NCBI GenBank assembly: GCA_003560095.1
Contig: PWJI01000010.1
Coordinates: forward strand, 1-50,678
DNA length: 50,678 bases
Direction of reading: 5' to 3'
Source: Candidatus Nealsonbacteria bacterium
GTDB taxonomy: Bacteria > Patescibacteriota > Minisyncoccia > Minisyncoccales > PWPS01
The position numbers and the translations under genes are program-made. Below are positions 24,959-33,455 of the stretch, piece by piece (the first letter of the stretch is position 1; the number at the start of each line of letters is the position of its first letter). The notes below the pieces were generated by a model. It searched no databases and had not been told where the DNA came from. It saw only the letters and a program-made list of their open reading frames with translations.

Positions 24959-27079
24959 TTAAGGCCTTAAAACACAGCGAACATGATAATATTCAAAATC
25001 TTTATCTCCGTAAAGACTTTCCCCTGAAAAAAAGTTTAACTTTCTTGCTTGCATAAAAGAACTTTCGGTAGAAGACCAATAAAAATTAGGAGTTGCGTTA
25101 TAGTCCCAGTAAGGAGCACAAGGTTCTCCCTGAAATTTACTCTCGCTTTTTAGACAATTTTCATAAAATTTTTCCAGTGTTCCTATGGCAGGCAAATACC
25201 AGTCATCTCTACCGGCATAGCTTAGCTCATTACAAGCATATGCTGCCATATTTTTTTCGGGGCAACTGGCATCTATTATTGCTTGATTGTTTTCTTTTTC
25301 TTTTTCATAATGATTGGCTCCGACATAATCTTCTTTGCATCCCCATTGATACTGAGAAGCAGGAAATTCATCAGCTGGAAGACTAAGTGTAGGAGTCCAT
25401 AAATTAAGATCAAAATCGCAATAAACTGTCTCTCCTTCAATTTCTATGCTTACATCCTTATGCTCTTTGCGCGTACAAAATTTACTTAAATCTCCAAGAA
25501 TAATTTTTGTACATATATTATTAATGCACTCGTGTCCGCTTGGACAATCTCCATAGTTGTGTCTTAAAATACAATTCCTGCTCTCTTTTGAGTGGCCAAC
25601 ACAATCGCTTCCTCCATATTCCGGCTTGGGATTATTACACTCTCTTGTTCTTGTTTTTTGTCCATACGCAGGAGCTTCCCCACACATTGCTCCACCGTCG
25701 TGCTCGATTACACAATCACTCCAATCACTCCACTCTCCCCAACCTCCATCCACCGGGACCATTTCTCCATAGCATTCATTTTCATGCCACTCATAGCCCA
25801 TCTCCTCACATTCTAATTTTGAAGTAAGAACATCGGGAGAGGGAAAATCAGAAAAACAAGCTCCATTATACCAATAAAATTTATTTTCTTCGCATTCTTT
25901 TTTAGATAAAATATTTTCAGGAGAAATTTCTTTCATTCTTTCTTCTTTTGGCATTTCATAACATCCTCCTTCGTACCAATAAAGACCCTCCCTTTCACAT
26001 ATATCTTGGATAGTGAGTCTTTCTATTCTTTGAGCAGTATCTATTGAAAACCAAGTAAAAAACCCAATGATAAAAATAATAGAAAAGAAAGAGAATATTA
26101 TTATTGAAAAAGCAACTTTTTGATTAATTTCTTTTCCAAGTATTTCAATTACTGATTTTTTTCTTTTTTGTTCTTCCAAGAAATAATGTTTTTCGTCTTG
26201 ACCAACTGCTTTATCTTCTTCAAAAAAATCTTCTTTTCCTTCTTTTGGCTCTTTCTCTTCTTCTTTTTCTGAAGGTTTTTCTTCAATAATCCTCTCCTCT
26301 AAGCGTTCTTTTTTCTTATCATCTTCTTTTTGCTTAAGTCCCATTTTTCTAATTCTTTCTTTTATATCTAATCTTTCCAATTCTTTTTCTCTTCTTTTAT
26401 CTTCTAACTCCCATCTTTTCTTTATGATTCTTATTCTTTTTTTAATATCTTTTTCTTGCTTTGCCTTTAGCTCAATCTCATCCTTTTCTTTTTTGATTGA
26501 TTCTATTTCACCACTAATTGAGAGTAGTCTTTTGCTTAGTTTTGTTCTATCTTCTTTTGTTTTTGCCTCTTTGTGTTCTTCTTTTTCTGTCAAAAAACTT
26601 TCTGCCTCTTTTTTTTCTTCCTCTTTCGCTTTCTTTCTTATTTTTTCTATTAATTCTCTTTCATTTTCCTCTTCCTTTGTATTCTTTTTTTTCTCATCCC
26701 TTTTAGTTGATTTATTTAAAATCATATCAACCTTTCCCCCTATTTCATCAAGATTAAATTTAGCCACTATAAAATAGTTTTCCGCTCCATATTTTTTAAT
26801 CTTTTCTATGTCTTCTTTGCTTCCCACATTGGAAGCAGCAATTACCGGAATGTCAGAAATATCCTTTCTTTCTTTTATCTTTTTTAAAAAATCAAAATTA
26901 TTTTTTTTGAACCCCTCCGTGCTCGCCAAAATAAGGGCGGGATAAATTTCTTTTATTTTTAAAAACGCCTCTTCTTCTGTTTTTAAAAGAAAAGCACCAT
27001 AGCCCATCTCTTTGAGCTTGTTTTTTAAAAGCTCTCCTACTTCTTTATTATTTTCAACAATAATTACTTTTTTAGCCAT
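24959..27079 (-). CDS. type II membrane protein: degenerate receiver domain, K/E-rich coiled coil, TM, three Cys-hairpin repeats, a TSP1 repeat, a small Cys knot and a DUF1566-type domain
   Basis: 706 aa. The TM is [23 protein letters not shown] (aa 322-344, 26048-26116) with basic residues on the N-side. See the sub-features. The C-terminus has [23 protein letters not shown] and [10 protein letters not shown] (DUF1566 / Lcl C-terminal-like pattern). Confidence 0.7.
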   Translation of the reverse strand: MAKKVIIVENNKEVGELLKNKLKEMGYGAFLLKTEEEAFLKIKEIYPALILASTEGFKKNNFDFLKKIKERKDISDIPVIAASNVGSKEDIEKIKKYGAENYFIVAKFNLDEIGGKVDMILNKSTKRDEKKKNTKEEENERELIEKIRKKAKEEEKKEAESFLTEKEEHKEAKTKEDRTKLSKRLLSISGEIESIKKEKDEIELKAKQEKDIKKRIRIIKKRWELEDKRREKELERLDIKERIRKMGLKQKEDDKKKERLEERIIEEKPSEKEEEKEPKEGKEDFFEEDKAVGQDEKHYFLEEQKRKKSVIEILGKEINQKVAFSIIIFSFFSIIFIIGFFTWFSIDTAQRIERLTIQDICEREGLYWYEGGCYEMPKEERMKEISPENILSKKECEENKFYWYNGACFSDFPSPDVLTSKLECEEMGYEWHENECYGEMVPVDGGWGEWSDWSDCVIEHDGGAMCGEAPAYGQKTRTRECNNPKPEYGGSDCVGHSKESRNCILRHNYGDCPSGHECINNICTKIILGDLSKFCTRKEHKDVSIEIEGETVYCDFDLNLWTPTLSLPADEFPASQYQWGCKEDYVGANHYEKEKENNQAIIDASCPEKNMAAYACNELSYAGRDDWYLPAIGTLEKFYENCLKSESKFQGEPCAPYWDYNATPNFYWSSTESSFMQARKLNFFSGESLYGDKDFEYYHVRCVLRP
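25571..25747 (-). other. thrombospondin type-1 repeat (TSR) coding segment
   Basis: [59 protein letters not shown]. Codon positions were verified on the DNA (W447 = 25739-25741, C503 = 25571-25573). Confidence 0.75.
26720..27079 (-). other. receiver (CheY-like) fold domain lacking the acidic phospho-acceptor pocket
   Basis: Aligned by eye to CheY, KVIIVENN replaces the DD pair and ALILAST puts Ser at the D57 position. PVIAASN retains the T87-equivalent Ser and YFIVAKF retains the K109-equivalent Lys. Confidence 0.6.
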
Positions 27080-27116
27080 ATAAAAATACTTGGCTTTTGT
27101 AAAAATAAAACAAAAT

Positions 27117-27926
27117 TTAGCTCAATACACTTTTCTCCATTTCTTCTTTTATTTTCTCCTCTATTTTTTCTACTTCTTTTATAATTTGAACTATTTTATT
27201 TCTTATTTCCTCTTTTTCGTAAACTATCGGTAGAAGATCAATTGCTGTTTGCCTTATCTCTTGAGCTCTCTTTTTTTGACTAATGATTTTTTTATTTTCT
27301 TCCCTTATCCTTAAAAATCTTTCTATCTTTATTTCCAGTTCTTCTTTTTGTAATTCAAGATTATCTTTTACTTCTTCCAATTGGAAATAAATTTCATTTA
27401 ATTTATTTCTAATGTCACTTTCCTTTACCTCTCTTAATAAAAGCTGAACAATAGAAAGAAGATCTTGACTTCTTTTTTTTGCTTCATTTATTCTGCTCAT
27501 TTGCAATTCTTTTCGAGACAAAAATCTTTCATCCATAAAATCTACTTCTTTCTCAAAAACAGCCATTATTTCTGTATCTTTTTCTAGTAAAAAAGAATGC
27601 TCTTTCTCTCGACTAACAATTACTCCCTCCTTTTCCCATCTAGAAAAATAAAAACCTTTTTGTGGTGATGCTTTTACTATAGCCTCCTCCTTCTTTCCAT
27701 ATTTTATTTCGCTTTGCACCTCTCCTCTCTCCCTATCTTTTACCTTAACGGTAAGAGTATAGGTGGGTTCTCTAAGAGTAAATCTTACTTTAGCGTTATC
27801 AAAATCTAATCGAGTATCTTCTTTTAAAAAAGAGTTCTCGGCAGAAACGCCTACAAAACCAAAAAGCAATATTACTTTTATAATAAAAATAGGAATATAG
27901 TATGAAATCTTCCTTTTGTTAATCAT
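27117..27926 (-). CDS. secreted protein: divergent InlB B-repeat-like domain plus a coiled coil of about 145 aa (mini-paralogue of the C-terminus of 39018..41906)
   Basis: Signal/anchor is [90 protein letters not shown] aligns with aa 744-812 of the 962-aa protein. A helical K/E-rich tail with an LLPIV motif follows. Confidence 0.5.
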   Translation of the reverse strand: MINKRKISYYIPIFIIKVILLFGFVGVSAENSFLKEDTRLDFDNAKVRFTLREPTYTLTVKVKDRERGEVQSEIKYGKKEEAIVKASPQKGFYFSRWEKEGVIVSREKEHSFLLEKDTEIMAVFEKEVDFMDERFLSRKELQMSRINEAKKRSQDLLSIVQLLLREVKESDIRNKLNEIYFQLEEVKDNLELQKEELEIKIERFLRIREENKKIISQKKRAQEIRQTAIDLLPIVYEKEEIRNKIVQIIKEVEKIEEKIKEEMEKSVLS

Positions 27927-27989
27927 TGGAAATAATAATATTCGATTATAATAATACTATAGCATTTTTTTAAAAAAAATAAGAAAGAT

Positions 27990-29189
27990 TTAATTTTTTT
28001 TATCACTATCATTTACGGAAATATTTTCTTGAGACACTTTTCTTCCAATAAAGTAAGCGGCAAAAATGCTGGATATAGGCACAGCCAATATTAGGGACGT
28101 ACTTCCTATAATTGCTCTTGCAATCTCTTCGGCAATCGGCTCACTATTTATTGAAACCCACAGCGGCATATATTCAGTAGAATAAAGAATTATAAAAAGC
28201 GGAAGAGAAGCTCCTGCATAAACAAGAACCAAAGTATTGACAAGAGAGGCAATATGCTCCCTGCCAACGTTCAAACTTCTTACATAAAGCTCTTTGGGGT
28301 TTAATTTTTTGTTGGCTTTTTTTAATTCCCAAGCAACCGCTGTTTGCGTTGAGGTAACATCTGAAAGAACTCCCAGTACTCCAACAACCATTCCGGCAAG
28401 AAGGAGTCCTCTTAAGCTAATATAAGAATACTCTCCCAACTGAAAAGATACTACAAACTCTCCACCTCTTCCAAATAAGCTTGCTATTTCAACAAAAAAA
28501 TAAGAAACAAAAATAGAAATAAACAGTGTGGTTACTGTACTTAGCCACACTATAGGAGTTCTGTTATTAATTCCATGAGCTAAAAACAAAGAAACACTCG
28601 CTATTAAGATAGCCCCCAATAAGGTTACCTGGAGAGGATTGCTTCCCGATATTATATTGGGAATCATATAATAAATTAAAACAAGCATACTAAATCCTAA
28701 GCCCAAAACAGAACCTACTCCTCTTGCCCTTCCAAAATAAAATATTACACCCAAGAAAAGAACAAAAATAATCAAAAGTCCATTTATTCTGTCATAATCG
28801 GCTATATAAAAAACCTCTTCTCCTGTGCTATGTATTATATGGGAATTTAAAACAACCTTATCTCCTTTGTTAAACCTATAAGATTGATCTGGATCGAGTA
28901 TACTACGATGATTAACAAAAACTTCTTCACCTTTTCTATCTTCGTTACTTATCTCTACTCTTATTTTTTGCTCTATATAACCACTCTCCAATGTATCTTT
29001 ACTCTCTTTAATTATTTCTTTTATTTCTCCCCTATAATAATTAGCTCCAATTTCTCCAATATCTAAAAATTGTCCTGCCTCAGCGCGTAAATCTCTTTCT
29101 TTTTCATCGGGAACATTGGTTGTCACCCATAAAAAAATAATAAATAAAAAAATTAGAATAATTGCTATGCTCGTTCTTTTTTTTGTCAT
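27990..29189 (-). CDS. YibE/F-family-like polytopic membrane protein
   Basis: 399 aa. An N-terminal TM is followed by an extracytoplasmic domain of about 110 aa and about 7 TM helices (GRARGVGSVLGLGFSMLVLIYYMIPNII..). The architecture is typical of YibE/F. The call is from memory of the family. Confidence 0.5.
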   Translation of the reverse strand: MTKKRTSIAIILIFLFIIFLWVTTNVPDEKERDLRAEAGQFLDIGEIGANYYRGEIKEIIKESKDTLESGYIEQKIRVEISNEDRKGEEVFVNHRSILDPDQSYRFNKGDKVVLNSHIIHSTGEEVFYIADYDRINGLLIIFVLFLGVIFYFGRARGVGSVLGLGFSMLVLIYYMIPNIISGSNPLQVTLLGAILIASVSLFLAHGINNRTPIVWLSTVTTLFISIFVSYFFVEIASLFGRGGEFVVSFQLGEYSYISLRGLLLAGMVVGVLGVLSDVTSTQTAVAWELKKANKKLNPKELYVRSLNVGREHIASLVNTLVLVYAGASLPLFIILYSTEYMPLWVSINSEPIAEEIARAIIGSTSLILAVPISSIFAAYFIGRKVSQENISVNDSDKKN

Positions 29190-29223
29190 CTTATTTTTGA
29201 TTTTAAAAATAAAAATCTATTAA

Positions 29224-29850
29224 TTAACTACCCTCAGGTAACTCAAAAACATCTTTGTCACCATTAAAGTCAAAGTTTTCTGCTTCTATTATCATTCCTT
29301 TCTCCTTAATCTTGATAGGAAAGCCATGCTCTTTTGACAGCCATACTTTCTTTTTTTCTTGATTAAAGTCGCTTTCAATTACAAAACAATCTTTTTCATT
29401 TATACTTTCACTTCCAAGAAAAAAATATTCTTCTCGCAGTAAAATGGCAAGATGATTTTTTAAAGACCCCCTTAAAACTTCTTTTATTTCATTTTTTGTA
29501 ATTTCCGTAAAAATATTTTCTTTTGGAAGATGAAGTTGTTCTATTTCTTTTCTACTATCAACAAACAAAACCACCTCTTTTCCGGAAACAACCTTTTTCA
29601 TCTTCATTTTTTCTTTTTTTTGCCAAAAAGATCCTTGGACCTCTCTCTCGGGGTAAATTATTGCCAAATCATATTTCACATAATCAATTTCTTTTGCTTC
29701 TAGCATAAGATCTCTTACCTTATCCTCCATATAAATGTCTTCTTTTTTTTGACTATGCTCCTTTTCTTTGTTGTTTTCTTCTCTCGGAAAAAACCATACA
29801 AAAAAGCTAACTAAAAAAACTATACTCAAAACTGTAAAAAAATCTTTCAT
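29224..29850 (-). CDS. N-terminally anchored LolA-fold-like protein (paralogue set)
   Basis: YVKYDL..FWQKKEKMKMK...CFVIESDFNQEKKKVWLSKEHGFPIKIKEKG...KDVFELPEGS follows the same pattern as 12915..13604 and 35047..35814. Confidence 0.4.
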   Translation of the reverse strand: MKDFFTVLSIVFLVSFFVWFFPREENNKEKEHSQKKEDIYMEDKVRDLMLEAKEIDYVKYDLAIIYPEREVQGSFWQKKEKMKMKKVVSGKEVVLFVDSRKEIEQLHLPKENIFTEITKNEIKEVLRGSLKNHLAILLREEYFFLGSESINEKDCFVIESDFNQEKKKVWLSKEHGFPIKIKEKGMIIEAENFDFNGDKDVFELPEGS

Positions 29851-29937
29851 AGTTTTGCTTTAATAACTTTAAATAAAGATTGTTTTTTTCTAAGAGAATA
29901 TTTCAAGATCAAAGTAATAGATAATAATATTTAAAAA

Positions 29938-30609
29938 TTAAAAAAGTAGCTTTCCTATTCTAAGTACCGAAAAACACTCACAATAATTGCCTTCTCCGGT
30001 CATTACTCCTCTGTAATTATTCAAAGACCTTATTGCTTGATCATATTTTATTTCTTTAAGTTGAGATTCGTGACACTTAAGTGCTTCTTCTTTCTTGTCA
30101 ATAAATTCTGTAATATCTTCAACATAGGAAACTCTTGAAAGAGGAGTCCAAACTTCATAGCATAAAACCGTTTCTGTTTTCCAAGGGTTTTCTCCACACT
30201 CCTTAAAACAAGGCCCCTCTGCTCTCCTTATTGCTTCTTTTACTATTTTGTTTGTTTTTACATGATCAATGTGCTCATCTTTTTCATGAGGAATATAAAT
30301 TATATTGGGTCTTTCTCTTCTTATGATGCTTGTAACTCTTTCTAGATTTTTCTTGCTATAAAAAAGGTAGCCATCGTCATTTCTTAAAAACTCTACCTTC
30401 GTTACCCCCATAACCTCAAGAGCATTCTTAACCTCTTTTTCTCTTATTTTTAAAAGATCCTCTTTAGACTTATCCAAACTACCCGCATCTCCGGAAGTCA
30501 TATAAACAAATAAAACATCACCGCCCTCCTTTACTCTTTTTAAAATACTTCCTCCACAACCAAGCAAACCATCGTCAGGGTGTGGAGCAAAAACTATTAC
30601 TTTAAACAT
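29938..30609 (-). CDS. PIG-L / LmbE-family N-acetylglucosaminyl deacetylase
   Basis: VFAPHPDDGLLGCGGS, DGYL and HEKDEHIDHVKT are the PIG-L zinc-binding motifs. Confidence 0.85.
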   Translation of the reverse strand: MFKVIVFAPHPDDGLLGCGGSILKRVKEGGDVLFVYMTSGDAGSLDKSKEDLLKIREKEVKNALEVMGVTKVEFLRNDDGYLFYSKKNLERVTSIIRRERPNIIYIPHEKDEHIDHVKTNKIVKEAIRRAEGPCFKECGENPWKTETVLCYEVWTPLSRVSYVEDITEFIDKKEEALKCHESQLKEIKYDQAIRSLNNYRGVMTGEGNYCECFSVLRIGKLLF

Positions 30610-30682
30610 AAAAAATTAACTTAATTGGCTTAATATATCAAAAAATACTCTCGTCGTCTAATATTTTTATTAATCAACATAA

Positions 30683-31366
30683 TTAACAATTATTTATCAT
30701 TTTAAATTTTTCCCTAGCCTCAAAAAAGTCTTTAAAAACAAAATCTGCACCCGCTTCTTTCAAATCTTTTTCTTTGTATTTTCCGCTTGCCATTCCAATT
30801 ACACTTATGCCATTTTCTTTCCCTGCAAAAATATCTTCCGGAGTATCTCCTATATGAAAAATGTCTTTTTTATTTTTGCCCTCACTTTCCTCTTTTGCTC
30901 TTTCTATTGCTCTTTTTATTATATTAGTTCTTTTTATTTCATCACTGCCAAATGCTCCAAACTTAAAATAATGATCTATGTCCTTTTTTTTAAGTTTTTC
31001 TTGGGCAATTTCTTCCAAATTTCCGGTTGCTATTCCCAGTAAAAAATTCCTTTCTCTTAAATATTTTAAAAAACTCTCTGTTCCGGGTAAAAGAAAAATA
31101 TCTTCTTTTTTAATATCAATTAAAAAATATTTTATCATTTCCTCGAGGCACTCCTTTATTCTTAAATCAATTATTTCTTTCCTTATGCTCTTCTTTTTTA
31201 ATATTTCAATAATTATTTGCTTATCTGTCATCCCGTGGGGGTTAACTTCATAAATATCTCCCTTCACTCCGTAAACCTTTTTAAGTGCTTTAGAAAAAGA
31301 CACAAAATGAGCATTCGAAGATTTAATCAAAGTTCCGTCAATATCAAATAAAATAATTTTTGCCAT
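30683..31366 (-). CDS. HAD-superfamily hydrolase (phosphoglycolate phosphatase / beta-phosphoglucomutase-like subfamily IA)
   Basis: ILFDIDGTL is motif I, LGIATGN motif II and HIGDTPEDI motif IV. Confidence 0.8.
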   Translation of the reverse strand: MAKIILFDIDGTLIKSSNAHFVSFSKALKKVYGVKGDIYEVNPHGMTDKQIIIEILKKKSIRKEIIDLRIKECLEEMIKYFLIDIKKEDIFLLPGTESFLKYLRERNFLLGIATGNLEEIAQEKLKKKDIDHYFKFGAFGSDEIKRTNIIKRAIERAKEESEGKNKKDIFHIGDTPEDIFAGKENGISVIGMASGKYKEKDLKEAGADFVFKDFFEAREKFKMINNC

Positions 31367-31484
31367 CCTTGTTAGGTTTATTGCTCAAAAAAATAAAAAA
31401 ATTGAACTACTTGCTTTATTTCTGCTATAGTTTCATTATACTTAAAAAAAGAACTCTTTTAAAGCTTTAATCGTAAATAAGTAT

Positions 31485-31493
31485 TGTTATAAT
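31485..31493 (+). promoter_or_regulatory. extended -10 element TGTTATAAT, 12 nt upstream of the antiporter ATG
   Basis: TG (31485-31486), T, then TATAAT (31488-31493); the ATG is at 31506. There is no SD in between. Confidence 0.4.
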
Positions 31494-31505
31494 TATAGTG
31501 CAAAA

Positions 31506-32699
31506 ATGACAGAAATATTTCCATTCTTTATCGTTCTTCTTGCCGGACTGGTTTTTTCCGGAATATTTAAAAGATTCAATGTTCCGTGGACAGTTGCTCT
31601 AATTATCGGAGGAATAATAATTGGTCCTTTTGGTTTTGAAATTATTAGTCCCGACACAACTCTAGAATTTTTAAAATATTTGGGGCTTGTTTTTTTAATG
31701 TTTATGGCAGGAATTGAAACTCGCCTCTCCGGTTTTCGTCAAGTATGGAAAGAGTCCACTTTTATAGGAACAGTAACCGGTCTTTTTCCTTTTTTGGCGG
31801 GAGCTGGTATTGGATTTTTGCTTGGCTACGATATACAGGTAATCATTCTTCTGGGAATTATCTTTACATCTTCATCTATTGCAATAGCTGTTCCTACTTT
31901 AGAATCAAAGGGCCTTTTGCATTCTAAATTAGGAAAAACCATTGTTTCTGCTATTGTGATTCAAGATATTGCCAGTCTCATAATTCTCGCTTTATTTTTG
32001 CAATATATCATACCCGGAACACTTCCTTTTCCGGTATTTATCACTCTTTTCTTTTTTGTTCTTTTTATACTCGCAGCAATAAAATGGGGAATTCCCCGCT
32101 TGCAGTGGATTTTTGACAACCAAAAAAAATTTTTAAACCCTTTTGAGAGAGATATAAGAATAGCTTTCGTTGTATTAATGGGAACAGTGATTATTTTTGA
32201 ATTTTTGGGTCTTCATGCAATTATCGGTGCTTTTCTCGCAGGGCTTATTTTATCGGAAGTTATTAAAGAAAAGTCTTTAAAAGAAAAAATACATGTAATG
32301 GCCTACGGTCTATTCATTCCCGTATTTTTTATTATGGTTGGCATAGACACCAATATAAAAATATTTCTGGAAACTCAAAATATATTACTTCTGGTTTTTG
32401 GAGTAATTCTAGCATCAATTCTTTCAAAGTTTATAAGCGGATGGATTTCTGCCAGAATGGCTGGCTTTTCTTTTAACCAATCAAGTTTAGTGGGTGGTGC
32501 CTGCGTTCCCCAATTATCAACTACTCTTGCCGTTATTGCCGTAGGACAACAACACAATCTCATACCGGAAGAATTAGTGGCAACCCTTATTATTTTAAGC
32601 ATTATAACAGTATTTATCAGCCCCCTGGTGGTAGGAAAAACTGCGCAAAAAGTAAAAGATGAATATTTTGTAACAAGCACGGAAGATAATAAAAAGTAG
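31506..32699 (+). CDS. cation/proton antiporter, CPA2 (Kef/NapA-type) family
   Basis: 397 aa with about 12 TM helices. It has an N-terminal FKRFNVPWTVALIIGGIIIGPFGF and an FLMFMAGIET motif. Confidence 0.8.
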   Translation: MTEIFPFFIVLLAGLVFSGIFKRFNVPWTVALIIGGIIIGPFGFEIISPDTTLEFLKYLGLVFLMFMAGIETRLSGFRQVWKESTFIGTVTGLFPFLAGAGIGFLLGYDIQVIILLGIIFTSSSIAIAVPTLESKGLLHSKLGKTIVSAIVIQDIASLIILALFLQYIIPGTLPFPVFITLFFFVLFILAAIKWGIPRLQWIFDNQKKFLNPFERDIRIAFVVLMGTVIIFEFLGLHAIIGAFLAGLILSEVIKEKSLKEKIHVMAYGLFIPVFFIMVGIDTNIKIFLETQNILLLVFGVILASILSKFISGWISARMAGFSFNQSSLVGGACVPQLSTTLAVIAVGQQHNLIPEELVATLIILSIITVFISPLVVGKTAQKVKDEYFVTSTEDNKK

Positions 32700-32824
32700 T
32701 TACATTTGACAACATACTCTTCTTTTGCTATTCTCTACCCCAATGATACAAACTAATCTTCAACTCAAGAAGGAAAAGAGCCGCTTCAAGAGAAGAGGTT
32801 AGTTTTTTATTTTATTTTTTCAAA

Positions 32825-32856
32825 AAGCCTCTTCTCTAAAAGAAGGGGCTTTTTTA
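32825..32856 (+). terminator. Rho-independent terminator
   Basis: AAGCCTCTTC (32825-32834) / GAAGGGGCTT (32842-32851), with one G-U pair, followed by TTTT. Confidence 0.5.
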
Positions 32857-32894
32857 GTTCTTTTATTTATTAATTTTTAAGGGAGGTAAAAGTT

Positions 32895-33408
32895 TTGAAA
32901 ATTTTGAATGCATCACTTCTTGATAAAGAGGAAATTACAAAAATTTCTCCTCTTTTCGCAGAATGGATAAGCGAAGAAAGCTCGGGGACGCTCGCCAACA
33001 TGCTCTCTCAAAGCCCAAAAGAATTAACAGAGCAAATGAAAAAAGGTTTAACCGTTGTTGCAATAAACGACATTGATTACTTGGGTCACGCCACAGTCTG
33101 GACGTACAAATCAAAAGACTGGGCAGAGGTGGGTAGCTTTATTGTCCATCCGCTATACAGAAAAAAAGGGTATTGGTAAAAAAGTAATAAGTGAAATAGT
33201 TAAAGAATTTTCAAAAAGGTATCGGTTAATAACCACTGTAAAAACGGTAGCCGCAAAAAAAGCATTTGTTGACAATAACTTTCAAGAAAAGTCTTTCGGC
33301 TCAATTAATCAAAGACTTATTGAAGAATGCTGCCCTTGCTACAACCCCCCTACAAGATGTCCAAAAAGAGACATCAATTGCCGTCTTCTAGTTTACGACG
33401 GAACATAA
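32895..33408 (+). pseudogene. GNAT-family N-acetyltransferase interrupted by a +1 frame change inside an A7 run
   Basis: Frame A (TTG 32895, SD GGGAGG at 32881-32886) ends ..FIVHPLYRKKGYW* at 33179. Frame B continues ..KKGIGKKVISEIVKEF.. to 33408. Removing one A from A7 (33161-33167) gives VHPLYRKKGIGKKVISEIV, the GNAT motif A (R-x-x-G-x-G). Confidence 0.65.
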
Positions 33409-33410
33409 AA

Positions 33411-33442
33411 AGGGGAAGCATCGCCTTCCCCTCTTTTTTTTT
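33411..33442 (+). terminator. Rho-independent terminator after the GNAT gene
   Basis: AGGGGAAG (33411-33418), loop CATCGC, CTTCCCCT (33425-33432), then CTTTTTTTTT. Confidence 0.7.
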
Positions 33443-33455
33443 ATTTAACAAAAAT

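Noticed and set aside
24962-25432. Diversity-generating retroelement (TR/VR pair) at the DUF1566 and Fib_succ_major 3' ends
   Set aside because: No reverse-transcriptase ORF is in the window. I could find no non-coding or second near-identical copy of any of the six 3' ends. The similarity among them is ordinary paralogue-level divergence, not A-specific mismatching. It is kept only as something to test genome-wide.
32743-32802. 19-codon ORF (MIQTNLQLKKEKSRFKRRG) in the antiporter-GNAT spacer
   Set aside because: It has no Shine-Dalgarno sequence and no resemblance to small ribosomal proteins or known leader peptides. It is probably non-coding.
33327-33455. N-terminal 43-codon extension of the M20 peptidase ORF
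   Set aside because: The extension overlaps the 3' end of the GNAT gene and reads through its terminator hairpin (33411-33432). The conserved M20 N-terminus starts at ATG 33456.
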